64,000 nucleotides of DNA from the human T2T-CHM13v2.0 reference genome, Homo sapiens, in NCBI GenBank assembly GCA_009914755.4, contig CP086569.2:13824001-13888000 (forward strand), read 5' to 3'. Position numbers and translations under genes: made by a program. How positions within the stretch are numbered: the stretch's first letter is position 1; each line of letters opens with the position of its first letter. A model generated the notes under the pieces. That model was not told where the DNA came from. It was given only the letters and a program-made list of their open reading frames with translations, and did not search any database. Shown in pieces: positions 30,151 through 43,760 of this stretch.

Positions 30151-31194
30151 TAATTAAGGTGTTTTAATGTGTCTTTTCCAAACACTGTGTGCACTAATAT
30201 AATTTTTTGAAAAGGATATAAAAATTTTCTTAATAAAGTTCAAGAAATAGTTTGAAGATAGTAATAAGAGAACTACTTATACAATTAAACTTATCTAACA
30301 AGATTAATGATTTCCTTTTAAATTTTGGCAGTTTTACTACTTTACTAAGATCTAACTGATAAAATACTACAAGGCAAAGATTTAGGAAAAAGTAAATGCT
30401 TTTTATAACTTTTTCTTTTCTCCTTCATGAACTTCTGTATCTCAAAACATTTCCTCTTTTGATGCTGTTCTGTCAATCCCATAAGTTTTTTTAATGTTTA
30501 TATTCTATCTTCTCTTCTGATCATTTATTTTCAAGTAACCCGTATGTTCACAGAGTCTTTCTTCTGTGTGATTAGTTCTGCTGTTCATATTCTCCACGTC
30601 TTTTAAATTTTCATTCATTGTATTTTCCAGCTCCATAAATTCTCTTTGATTGTTAAAAAATAATTTTAATCTCTCTGCTTTATTTCTAGTTTTGGTTATT
30701 CTTTACCTAACCTCACTGAATTATTTCTCTATATTTTGTTATGTTGTGCTTTCTTAAAATGATTAATCTATGAAGGCCAACCTGTCACCAAGGTTTACTG
30801 GGACTGGCCTGGACTGTGGGTCTCCTGGAGTGTAAAGCTATTAGGGCAGGGCAGAAAGGTAGGGCCAAAAAGATAAGTAGCATTTTGTAAACCAGAACCT
30901 GTATCTGCAGGTGTAGGTGTGATTCCTGAGGCCAGAAGTGCTGACTTGGTGAGACAGAAGATTGAAGTTGTGTGTCTTACCCTGTCTCTGGGCTGATCTG
31001 GAATCTGGGGCAGGATGGTGACAGCATGGAGGGAAGCAGAGAAAGAAAACATTAGAAATGTTAGTATAAAGTAGTGAAAATGCTTCTATAGAGAATATAG
31101 GAGTGGATGGCTGTATTCATATTTTCTGCTCCAAATCTGCTGATGTGATATGCATTAATTAATCAGCCTTTCTCTGGTTCTTCTAGTTCTTTCC

Positions 31195-31463
31195 AGATGG
31201 AGTCTCACTCTGTTGCCCAGACTAGAGTGCAGTGGTGCAATCTCAGCTCACTGTAGCCTCTGTTTCCAGGGTTCAATTCATCCTCCTGCCTTAGCCTCCC
31301 GATTACAGGTGTGCACCATCATGCCTGGCTAATTTTTGTGTTTTTAGTAGAAATAGGGTTTCACCATGTTGGCAGGCTGGTCTTAAATTTCTGACCTCAG
31401 GTGATCCACCATCTTGCCTTCCCAAAGTGCTGGAATTACAGGTGTGAGGCACCATGCCCATCC
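31195..31463 (-). mobile_element. Alu, antisense
   Basis: agatggagtctcactctgttgcccagactagagtgcagtggtgcaatctcagctcactg.. Confidence 0.85.
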
Positions 31464-31664
31464 TGGTTCTCCTATTTATTATCTGTAAAATAAGTAGCCA
31501 TGTGATAGTCTCTTTAAAAGACCCCACTCTGGAACTAAGGAATTTACTAGACACTGAGGATTTGAAATTCCCGGTTGACTTATTTGAATCTTACTGGGCC
31601 AGAAAAGCAAGAATATATTAATAAGGATTTTGTATCAAGCAATCCTGTTGAGTTGAAAAGCAGG

Positions 31665-31900
31665 TGGCAGGAGTTTTAGACCAGCCTGGGCAACATGCCA
31701 AGACCCTGTCTGTACAAAAAAATACCAAAAAATTAGCAACACATGGTGGCACACACCTATAGTCCCAGCTACCCTAGAGGCGGAGGTGGGAGGATCACTT
31801 GAGCCCAGGAGGTTGAGGTTTCAGTGAGCCAAGATTTTGCCCTTGTAGTCCAGCTTGGGCAATAGAGTAAGATCCTGAAGAAAAAAAAGGTAAAAAAAAC
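31665..31900 (+). mobile_element. partial Alu, sense
   Basis: gaccagcctgggcaacatgccaagaccctgtctgtacaaaaaaatacc..aattagcaacacatggtggcacacacctatagtcccagctac.. Confidence 0.8.
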
Positions 31901-32059
31901 TGATGGGGGGCCTCTATTTTTGTAGAAAACAAAAGCAAGCACATCTTTTCTGAAGGTCTTCAGGAAAAACTGAAACCTGCAATTCAACTTGCTGTTTTCC
32001 AGTTTACTTGGCTACCAGTTACTGATAATCTGGAGAAAATCACCAACTTAATTCATTTT

Positions 32060-32355
<296 letters not shown>

Positions 32356-32662
32356 CAAAATCACCAACTTTAAATTAAATACTAGCTTCTTTTTTACAGG
32401 GGATGTTGTCAACCTTGGCTAGATCTTATTCAAATTATTCTCTTATATAAATCTATAAAATTGAAGGTTACAAGAAAGGATGCCATGATGATGTATACAT
32501 GAGATTAATCTAGTAACAATATGTCAACATTTGTAATACAAATAGGATATAGATAATATCAGCAAAAATGCACCAAAGATAGAAGATAATACAACACAGA
32601 ATCTTCTAAGACAAGAAACACTTTATTTTTGATGCCCAAAAGTGAAAAAAAAGTATCATTTT

Positions 32663-32932
32663 GGACAGGTATGGTGGCTCACCCTTGTAATCCCAGTACT
32701 TTGGGATGCCGAGGTGGGCAGATCACCTGAGGTCAGTAGTTTGAGACAGCCTGTCCAACATGGAGAAACTTCATCTCTACTAAAAATACAAAAATTAGCT
32801 GCACATGGTGACACATGGCTGAAATCCCAGCTACTTGGGAGGCTAAGGCAGGAGAATTGCCTGAACCTGAGAGGCTGAGGTTGCATCACCGCACTGCAGC
32901 CTGGGTGACCGATCAAGACTTTGTCTCAGAAA
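32663..32932 (+). mobile_element. Alu, sense
   Basis: ggacaggtatggtggctcacccttgtaatcccagtactttgggatgccgaggtgggcagatcacctgaggtcag.. Confidence 0.9.
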
Positions 32933-32934
32933 CA

Positions 32935-32980
32935 AAATAAAAGCAACAAAACCAACAACAACAACAACAACAACAACAGA
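32935..32980. repeat. (CAA)n microsatellite derived from the Alu A-tail
   Basis: aaaaccaacaacaacaacaacaacaacaga. Confidence 0.9.
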
Positions 32981-32981
32981 A

Positions 32982-33492
32982 TGCTATTACTGGGTATATA
33001 AATCATTCCACTATATAAATCATTCCACTATAGAGACACATACTACACATGTACGTTTACTGCAGCACTATTTACAATAGCAAAGACATGGAACCAACTG
33101 AAATGCCCATCAATGATAGATTAAATAAAGAAAATGTGGTCCATATACACCATGGAATACCATGCAGCCATAAAAAGGAATGAGATCATGCCATCTGCAG
33201 GGACATGGATGAAGCTGCAAGCCATCATCCTCGGCAAACTAACAGAGGAGCAGAAAACCAAACACTGCATGTTCTCACTCATAAGTGGGAGTTGAACAAT
33301 GAGAACACATGGATATAGGGAGGGGAACAACACATATGAGAGCTATTTTGGGGTGGTGGGGGTGATAGGAGGAACCTAGATGATGGGTCAGTAGGTGCAG
33401 CTAACTACCATGGCACATGTATACCTATGTAACAAACCTGCACTTTCTGCACATGTATCCCAGAACTTAAAGTAAAATTAAAGAAAAAAAAA
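32982..33492 (+). mobile_element. L1 3' end (ORF2 C-terminus + 3' UTR + poly-A), sense, 5'-truncated
   Basis: Translates to ..AAIKKNEIMPSAGTWMKLQAIILGKLTEEQKTKHCMFSLISGS*, the L1 ORF2 C-terminus. Ends ..cccagaacttaaagtaaaattaaagaaaaaaaa. Confidence 0.85.
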
Positions 33493-33972
33493 CTATCATT
33501 TTAATTTGTTAATTATTTGGGTAAATATAATTTCTACCTTTACCTGTAATAAGTATAAATAATTTATTACAAATCAACTATAGCTCATAATTATAAAAAG
33601 ATGCTTTTCATTTTAAGTTTGCATATATTTAGAAGACACTGTAAGTAGTCATAAATGTGTAATTGCCTTGGAATAAGAAACACTGGTATTTGTAATAGGT
33701 TTTGAAAATAAAATAGTACATTTGAAAATAGAGGGACTATACACTCACATTTTTTGGTAAAAGTGCCTACATTACAACTGTCAGTGCGTCTATATACAAC
33801 TTAGAATCTTAAATGCAATAAAAACAGTTCAGATATTATTTTAGGTTTATTTTTATTTGGAAATATTTCTTAATTTTTTTCTCTTCCATTTTTAGTTGGC
33901 ACATATAATTCTTCATACTTATTGGATACAGAGTGAGATTTTGATATGTGTATACTGTACCACTTACAATGA

Positions 33973-34352
<380 letters not shown>

Positions 34353-34490
34353 CTAATTTTTTGTAGTTTTAGTAGAGATGGGATTTCACCATGTTAGTCA
34401 GGCTGGTCTTGAACAAATAATTTCAGGTGATCCACCCGCCTTGGCCTCCCAAAGTGCTGGATTACAGGCATGAGCCACCATGCCTGGCCC
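34353..34490 (-). mobile_element. partial Alu (duplicate of the adjacent Alu's proximal half), antisense
   Basis: ctaattttttgtagttttagtagagatgggatttcaccatgttagtcaggctggtcttgaacaa..ccaccatgcctggcc, about 90% identical to 34210-34352. Confidence 0.8.
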
Positions 34491-34859
34491 CTTTCTTGTA
34501 GCTTTATGAAGATATACGATAAATTATGGCTAGCCGTATTTGCCGGGCAGTGTTACTAGAACTCATTCTTCTTATCTAACAGTCATTTTGTGTTGATTAA
34601 CCAACCTCTGTTCATGCTGCTCTCCTTGCTATACTTCTTAAGACTCACAATTGTACTCTGTACTTTCATGAATTTATATCTTTTTAGGTCTCACAAATGA
34701 GTGAGAATGTGCAGTATTTATCTTTCTATGCTACAATTATTTAGCTTAACGTAATGTCTCCAGGCCCACACATATTGGTACAAATGACAAGAGTCATTAT
34801 TTATGGCTGAATAGCATTGCATTGTGTGTATATATATATGACTTTTTAAAAAGTAGCAG

Positions 34860-34958
34860 GGTTTTTCCTCATCACCCAGTCTAGAAAGCAGTGGCACAGT
34901 CATAGCTCACCACAGCCTCAAACTGCTGGGCTCAAGGGATCCTGCCTCAGCCTTCCTG
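34860..34958 (-). mobile_element. Alu-like monomer fragment (FLAM/FRAM-like), antisense
   Basis: cacccagtctagaaagcagtggcacagtcatagctcaccacagcctcaaactgctgggctcaagggatcctgcctcagcc. Confidence 0.55.
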
Positions 34959-37205
34959 ACAAAAGCCAAGAACTCTCATGGGCTAAGCCATACTTTGGCA
35001 CTCACCTGTCCTGTGTCAGTGTAGTGCTCAACATGGGGTGAGGAGAGAAGACAACATGAGAAAAGAAGACAGTGACGTGAGAGATGGCGAAGTGATGGTG
35101 TGAGAAGTGGGTTGAGAAGTGGCTGTCAGTGAGGTGATGGTGAGACAGCAGTCAGTGAGACAACAGTTGGCCATCAGCAGGAAGCCAGTTGGTGATTGAC
35201 GTGACAGCAGACAGCTGGGCAGTAATTGAGACAGTGAGAAATGGCTGGTGGGTTACCAGTCCCCATGCTGACCCCTACCACCATGGCAGCTGAGTTTACC
35301 TAAGCTAAGGGATCCTGGAGAGATCTTCACCAGGGTCCCATGTGGAAGATCACTTGGTGCCATTTCTGCTCTGGTGGATGGCTGAGTGTCCTTTCTGTTC
35401 CCATCTGCATAGTAGCAGAACTAGGGAATAAAATAAAAGCCTTTGGCTAGGTGATCAGTTAGAAGTCCCCACTCACTTAAATTCCCCAAAGCATGTCCTT
35501 GTCGCTTCTTCCCCCAGTCCTTTCCCTTCTGACTTTATTTTATTGTTCTATCAGTTATTTATTTTCAGATCTAAAGTGTGTGTTTTATTTGCAGTCTTAC
35601 ATTTACTTTTAACTTTCTGTTAACTATGTTTGGGCAATTGTTTAAGGTAGGACACTTGGCTGTGTGAGGTTCCCCATTGTGTTGACCCTGGGATGTAAGC
35701 ATTGTAGTGTTCTGTGACCCCAACTTTTTCTTGGTTTCACTGTTGGCTGGCCTCTCTCCCCCAGGTGCCTGAACGTTTTTGTCATTTGGTGAGGCATCCC
35801 TCATTGGCTGAAACTTGGGCACTCTGAGTTTTCAGCATTGATATTTTTGGTCCCCCAGTTCCTCCATCCCAGATGTTCTGCAGTACTTGGTATTGACATT
35901 CCCTCTAGGATTGTGGGTTATAGCCCTTCCTCCTAGGGGAATATTGGTCTCACTTTGTTCTGCCCTAGCATTAGAAGTTTGCAAGCTGCTTTCTATGTAC
36001 TATCCTACAACTGCCTTGTTCAAGCCCATCTTGGTCAAAGGAACTAGGAGGTTCCAGGCACCTAGTCTGATGGACAGCCACCTATAGCAGTAGTCAAGTG
36101 GCCACCCAACTTTTTTTTTCTATATTTCTATTACTGGGTAGGTTCTTTGACAAGTCAGGGCCTTTGATGTTGCCCCTTGGGCAATGCTGTTTACCCCTTT
36201 GCCTCCTCTCTTGCATAGATACCATCCCTCCTCTCTGTCCATTGCTCACTCTCTGTGGAATTTAGGCTCAACATCCAAATGCCCATTTGAAGCTCCTGAT
36301 AACACTTTTGTAACACCTTACTATCTATAGAAAGTGAAAAGTCAGTAGTCATTTACTAAACTTAGGCTGAGTTAGCTTATTGTGACCCTAGGCATATGGA
36401 CAATGGCAAGCATCCCAAAATAATTACCAGTAGGGTGTTTTTTAGACAATTGAAGTAAGTTTAAATTATTAGACTAATTGAAAAAGAAAACCTCATTTAC
36501 TATAGCAATAATATTTGGGTTCAATACAAATTTGCAAACTAATACATTCGGACTAGGAATAGTTCTTTATATTATAATGATATTGTACAATTAGATTTGC
36601 TTTATAAAAAGGAAGGAAAAGAATTTACTTATGTGTAGGCTTTTATGGCCCTCTACCAGGATCCTAACCTAAGGGCTAGCTGTAGAATGTGTCTGGCTCA
36701 TGATACTCCCAGATATCCAGAAGCTGCATCAGATATGCTAGATGACCTCTTCCTAGCTGCTCCTCCTAGAAGGCCTGTAATTCTCCTTCAGAGCTTCCTC
36801 AGTCCCCTAATTCTGAGGGAGCCCCACTAGTTATTTAGTGCAGGATTCCACCCCAAGGTCACCAGGCACCCCTCCATCTTATCCAACAAACGCTGGCTCA
36901 TATGCCTCACTGCAAAGGAAGTGAGCCCAAACAGTCTACTAGGATTGAGGCCCCATGTTAGCCCCCAAAATCAAACTAGTGTCAACTGTGGGAGGTAGCT
37001 GATGGAGATGGAGGAACAATTGAAGTACATGTGCCTTTTTGCATGTCGGATTTGGCCATATGCAAGGAATAAATTGCTCAGTCTTCAAAGGATCCGGGGT
37101 AGTTTGTAAATGAGTTTGTAAAGTTGACTGATTTAACTTGGTATGACATGCAAATATTATTATCCACTTATTTACTTATTTCCTTCTTTCCTTCCTTTCT
37201 TCCTC

Positions 37206-37535
<330 letters not shown>

Positions 37536-37627
37536 TATTATACACTTAATGTAATGTAGATGAATAACGAAGAATTCCAGGTACTGTTATAAACATACAG
37601 ATAGAACGGCTTTGTGTAACCCAGGCC

Positions 37628-37891
37628 ATGCCACTTATCTTGTGGGAAGAGAGGCAGTTCCAGATCCAGACCTCAATGGGATTACTAGAAAGGGTCTCAA
37701 GGTGTCAAATGCAGAAATTACATACTAACTTGTTTAATAGTAAGAAAAACTGTGGGATTAAGCCAGTTGATTATGATAAAGTAAGAGAAATAGCTCAAGA
37801 AAAAGATGAAAATCCCACTCTAATTCAGGGCTGTTTGTATGAGGCACTGCGGAAATATACTAATATAGACCCTGACCCCTTGGAAGTGTGA
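37628..37891 (+). pseudogene. ERV B gag capsid C-terminal ORF (..DENPTLIQGCLYEALRKYTNIDPDPLE)
   Basis: Class-I ERV CA signature (..ENP..F(L/I)..L.EA.R.YT..DP..). Confidence 0.65.
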
Positions 37892-37989
37892 GCTCTTTTG
37901 GGTGTGATTTTATTACTAAGTCTGCCCCTGACATTTGGATAAAGCAACAAAAAGTAGCAGTGGGACACCAACCGCCCTGAGCCAACTCT

Positions 37990-38900
37990 TAGACATTGCC
38001 CTTGGGGTTTACAATAATAGGGACAGTATCGGGGGAACCAGCCCCCGATATTTCAACGTAGTTTCTTTTCTATTTTCCCTAAGTGTTGGCCAGTCTGAGA
38101 AATAAAGGGAAAGAGTACAAAAGAGAGAAATTTTAAAGCTGGGTGTCTGGGGGAGACATCACATGTCAGCAGTTTCCATGATGCCCCCTGAGCCGTAAAA
38201 CCAGCAAGTTTTTATTAACAATTTTCAAAAGGGAGGGAGTGTACAAATAGGATGTGGGTCACAGAGATCACATGCTTCAAGGGCAACAAAATATCACAAG
38301 TCATATGGGCAGGGCAAAGTCACAAGGCCAGGGTGAAACTAGAATTACTAATGAGGTTCCTGGTCCTGCTGTGCACACACTGTCATTGATAAACATCAGG
38401 AAACATGGTTTGAGAGCAGACAACAAGTCTGACTAAAATTTACTAGGCAGGAATTTCCTAATCCTAATAAGCCTGGGGGCGCTGCAGGAGGCTAGGGCGT
38501 GTTTCATCCCTATCTACAACTGCATAAGGTGGACACCCCCAGAGTGGCCATTTTAGAGGCTCTGCCTGGGAATGCATTCTTTTCCCAGGGCTGTTAATTA
38601 TTAATATTCCTTACTGGGGAAAGAATTCAGCGATATTTCTCTTACCTGTTTTTGGCAATAAGAAATATGGCTCTGTCCTGCCTGGCTCCCAGGCAGTCAG
38701 ACCTAATGGTTATCTCCCTTGTTCCCTGAACATCGCTGTTACCCTGTTCTTTTTTCAAGGTGCCCAGATTTCATATTGTTCAACCACACATGCTTTACAA
38801 AAAATTTGTGCAGCTAACGCAATCACCACAGGGTGATGAGGCAACATACATCCTCAGCTTATGAAGATGACGAGATTAAGAGAGTAAAGACAGGCATAGG
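37990..38900. mobile_element. ~0.9-kb unclassified (LTR-like?) insertion splitting ERV B gag between CA and NC
   Basis: The gag CA ends at 37891 and the NC knuckle sits at 39198, about 900 bp more than expected. The intervening sequence has no gag similarity. Confidence 0.3.
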
Positions 38901-39197
38901 AAATTATGACTATTGATTGGGGAAGTGATAAATGTCCATGAAATCTTCACAATTTATGTTCTTCTGTCATGGCTTCAGCAGGTCCCTCTGTTTGGGGTCC
39001 CTGACTTCCCGCAACAGGACAAGGCAGAGGAAGAGGCAAAAACCAGAAGAACTGGCCAAAACCCACAATTGTTAGTGGCAACTTTAGGACCACTGTTGCC
39101 TCAGAGTTACCCCTCTCAAAGAAATATGGTGACATTGGCATCTAGGATGCTCAGATGAGGTCCCCCACTTACCAGCCTCTAGACCTAAATCAGCACT

Positions 39198-39234
39198 TGT
39201 CTTCTGTATGCAAGAAGGCCATTGGAAGGATTGC
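39198..39234 (+). other. ERV B degenerate nucleocapsid zinc knuckle (C-x2-C / CMQEGHWKDC with frameshift)
   Basis: tgt ctt c|tgt atg caa gaa ggc cat tgg aag gat tgc gives C..C-MQEG-H-WKD-C, the retroviral CCHC motif carrying small deletions. Confidence 0.55.
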
Positions 39235-39969
39235 ACCAGGATTAAAAGATAGTCTGAGACACTCAGACTCGTAATAGCCCGAAAAGTAGAAGACTGATAG
39301 GCTTCAGATTCTCTATATCTCTGACTGGACACCTTACCATCTCCACAGAGGAGCCTCAGGTAACCCTTGGTATAGGAGACAAAAATATTGAGTTCTTATT
39401 GGAAATGGGAGCTGCCTAGTCAGTTTTAACCCATTTCTGAGGGCTGCTGTTTTCCCACTCTTGTTCAGTAACAGGAATTAATGGCCAGCCAAGAATGAGG
39501 AGATGTACCCGTTCGCTTGGTTCCACTGTGAAGCACCATACATTTTCCAAGAGGTTTTTTAATACTTATACCTGAATGTTCTATTCTATTAGGGAGAAAC
39601 TTATTTTCCAAATTACAGATCACAATTCACTTTAAAGTGCCCCATGAGAAGGCAACAGGCCAGAAGGAAAACTCCTCTTAGCTCCAAGTATTACATTAAC
39701 ACAGATATGGAGAAGAGCTGCCTTCCATTTCATATTGCTTCTTTAGTAGGTCCTTCTGTTTGTGACATGGAAATTTCTGGTAGAGCTGTTAATGTACCCC
39801 CAGTCCAGATTTTCCTAAAACCCAATGTTAATTACCCATGGAAAAAACAGTGTTTTTTGAATGCTGAGGCTCAGAGGGACATCCAGCCCTTAATAATGGG
39901 GGTCCTAAGGTACAAATTATGACAGTCCTGTCAGTATCCATGTAACTCCCCATTTTACCTGTTAGAAAA

Positions 39970-40880
39970 TCAAATGAGGAATATAGATTTGTTTTGAATC
40001 TAAGGGGATTTGATGGGACAGTAGACCCAGTTCACCCATTAGTTCCTAATGCTTGTATAATGACTGAGATCCCTGAAGGCATTCATTGATTCACAGTGTT
40101 AGACTTAAAGGATGCTTTCTTTTGTATATCTTTACACCATACTGCCAGTATATTTTTGCTTTTGAATGGACTGATCCAGACACTCAAGCTACATCTCAAC
40201 TTACCTGGACAGTTCCTCTCCAATGTTTTAGACACAGTCCCCATCTCTTTGGCAATACATTGGCCAAGGAGTTAAGGGAACTACAGTTAACTAATGGATT
40301 TCTTTTGCAACATGTAGATGGATTTCTACATCTACTACGGAAGACTCCAACAGAAACACAATTCAGTTCCTTAATTTTCTGGGAAAGCAAGGATATCATG
40401 TATGCTCCACAAGGCCCAGATCTCTGTGCAAAATGTTAAATATTTGGGGTATGTGCTCACACCTGGGACAAGAACGTTGGACCAAAAGTGAAAAGAGACA
40501 ATCTTGGCCGTCCAACTACCTCAGACTAAGAAACAGTCAAGACGCTTTTTGGGAATGGCTAGATTCTGCCAGATCTGGATTCCTTGGTTTGGTCTTACAG
40601 CAAAACCTCTCTATGAAACTCTAAAAGACAGTAATCATGCACCTTTGAATTGGGATGGAACCTGCCAACAGGCATTCTTTACCCTAAAACCAAGACTAAA
40701 AACGACTCCTGCTTTGGGGCCCTTTAACTTAGAAAATACTTTTACCTTCTATGTGACTGAAAAACAAGGCATGAGGATGGATGTCTTACCCCAAAGGCTC
40801 AGGAATAGCCCTAGGCCAGTGGCTTACTTTTCTAAACAGCTAAACCAGGTGGCAGCTGGGCAGCCAGGATGCTTGTGAGC
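39970..40880 (+). pseudogene. ERV B reverse transcriptase remnant
   Basis: YRFVLNLRGFDGTVDPVHPLVPN...VLDLKDAFF...FAFEWTDPDTQATSQLTWTVLPQ-like...VKYLGY..LP.TKKQ.R.FLGMA.FC.IWIP.F..AKPLYE: gamma-retroviral RT motifs with stops and frameshifts. Confidence 0.75.
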
Positions 40881-41017
40881 CAAAGTAAAAAACCAGTAAC
40901 TTTACTTTATCTTGGGACAATTACTAAATGTTATGACCCCCTAAACAATACAGGTTGTCCTAGAGGAAAAAGAATGTCAGTGGCTAACGGGAAGATACCT
41001 ACTTAAATATCAGGCCC

Positions 41018-41448
41018 TCTGCTTGACACCTGTATTAGTGTGTTCTTGAACTGCTATAAAGAAACACCTAACACTGGGCAATGTATTTTAAAAGAGATGT
41101 TTAATTGGCTCACGGTTTTGCAGGCTGCACAGGAAGCATAATGGCTTCTGGGGAGGCCTCAGGAAACTTTCAATCATGGTAGAAGGTGAAGGGGAAGCAG
41201 TCACATCTTACATGACTAAAGCAGGAGAGGAAGAGAGAGAGGAGGAAGGTGCCACACACTTTTAAACAACCAGGTCTTATGAGAACTCACTCATTATTGT
41301 AAGAACAGCACCCAGCGGGAGTCCACCCCTGTGATCCAATCACTTCCAACCAGGACACACCTCCAACATTGCGGATTATAATTTTACATAACATTTGGGC
41401 GGGTGGGGACACAGAGTAAAACCATATCAACACCTCAGTTGTAATCCT
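41018..41448 (-). mobile_element. MaLR LTR (MST/THE1-like), full length, inserted into ERV B pol between RT and RNase H
   Basis: Reverse complement of the THE1/MST consensus: starts tgtattagtgtgttc.. and ends ..gggtggggacacagagtaaaaccatatca (consensus TGATATGGTTTGGCTGTGTCCCCACCCAAATCTC..). Confidence 0.75.
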
Positions 41449-41559
41449 TAAAGTATGTTGGGTTTTAAACCCTGCTACCCTGTTCCCAGAGTTCACATCC
41501 CAGGAAACAGATCGTTAACTCATTTCCCTCCTGTGCGGAAACCATACAACCAAACTTCT

Positions 41560-41923
41560 GTAGTAGGACTGAATTCAAAGATGACCTTCTATCTAATCTT
41601 AATGTTGAGTACTTTATAGATGGGTATAGCTTTATATGCATGAGGGAGTAAAAAAGGCAGGTTTTGTTGTATTTAGTCAACAAGATGTCATCGAGGTCAA
41701 AACTGCCTTTCCAAGCTTCTATTCAAAAAGCACAATTACTTGCTCTAATCAGGGTCCTCAAGCTGGGAAGGACTTAAGAGTCAATATATTTACTGATTCC
41801 AAATATGGGTTCCTGGTGCTCTGTGCTCATGCTGCTATACAGAAAAACAATGGAGGGCTAACAGCTAAGGGGTCCCCCATACAACATCATTCTCAGATCT
41901 TGGAACATTTAGATGCTTCCTAG
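41560..41923 (+). pseudogene. ERV B RNase H remnant
   Basis: ..IFTDSKYGFLVLCAHAAIQKNNGGLTAKGSPIQHHSQILEHLDA.. then ..HQKEDISVIRGNPLADRVAK, matching gamma-retroviral RNase H. Confidence 0.65.
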
Positions 41924-42528
41924 CTCTCAAAAGTAGTAGCAGTGAGTCAGTGCAGGGGACACCAAAAGGAAGACATCTCCGTTATCAGAGGAAATCCTCT
42001 GGCAGACAGAGTAGCTAAGCCCACAGCTAGAGAAACACCAGTGTTATAGGACACTGAGTAATGCCAGGTACTGCACCCATGTTAGGAACAGCACACTATA
42101 CCCCTGAGGAAATTAAATGGGCAGAGCAGAAAGGCTTACAAAAGTATCCCTTGGGATGATTAGTAGGAAGCAACAAACTTCCTCCCTGAGGCTGAGCGGT
42201 GAGAGATAGTTAGGCATTTCCATGACTTAACTATCAAGTTAGTTTCTCAAAGTTTTAGGAAAAAAACCTATTCTACACTGCAAAGAGGGTCACCAGGGCC
42301 TGTGATCTTTGTGCCTGTAATGATCCAGGAAGCTACCCCATACCCCCAGCTCTACTCAAACCATTACAACATTGAGGGACATGCTCTGGAAAGACTGGCA
42401 AATAGACTTTCTTTAGATACCATCCTACAGGGGATAGAAATATTTGCCAGTATTTATGGACACTTTCACCAAGTGGATTGAGACTTTCCCCACAATGACA
42501 AAGAAGATATTAGAAGTGTCAAAATTTG

Positions 42529-43086
<558 letters not shown>

Positions 43087-43545
43087 CTAAAGTGGCCCAG
43101 GAGCTTTTCTTCAGTCTTAGGCATTATCTATCCCCTTCACTCCTCCGGGAGTCCTCAATCCTCAGGTAAAATAGAAAAGCTAATTATGTTTTAAAAAGGA
43201 CATTAGCAAAGCCCTTCAGGAGACTTCAGAGGCCTGGGCTTCTCTCCTAGCCATAGCACTTTTACAAGTAAGGATGTCCCCAAAAGGACATTCTAAAACT
43301 TAGTCCTTTTGAGCTGATTTATGGGAGGCCATTTTTAGCTTCTGACCTTTTGCTTGATAAAAAGATACATAGAATGCTCACCCATAATATCAACTTAAGC
43401 CAGGTTCAAAAGGCCCTCCAAGCATATGGACACAAATTATTGCCCCCTCTCACAAAGCTGATAATTGACCCCCTATCTGCTAAAAACTTGGAAAGAACAA
43501 TACTCTGAGGGATCCTTGGAACACTGGTGGCTCTAGGAGCAATAA

Positions 43546-43760
43546 AGTACCAGTGGCTAACAGGAGGTCATCTACTTCAATATCAGGTCCTTTTACTTGA
43601 CAGCAGTATTAGTGTGTTCTTGAACTGCTACAAAGAAACATATAAGACTGGGCAATTTATTTTAAAAAGATGTTTAACTGGCTCATGGTTTTGCAGCTTG
43701 CTCAGTAAGTATAGTAGCTTCTGGGGAGGGCTCAGGAAACTTTCAATAATGGCAGAAGAT
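43546..43760 (-). repeat. Segmental duplicate (~215 bp) of 40975-41195: ERV pol flank plus the first ~175 bp of the MaLR LTR
   Basis: ccagtggctaacaggaggtcatctacttcaatatcaggtcc..tattagtgtgttcttgaactgctacaaagaaacatataagactgggcaat.. closely parallels 40975-41195. Confidence 0.75.

Noticed and set aside
40086-40878. 117-aa and 124-aa plus-strand ORFs as intact reverse transcriptase gene
   Set aside because: RT fragments of ERV B with frameshifts and stops between them and a MaLR LTR insertion right after. A pseudogene remnant only.
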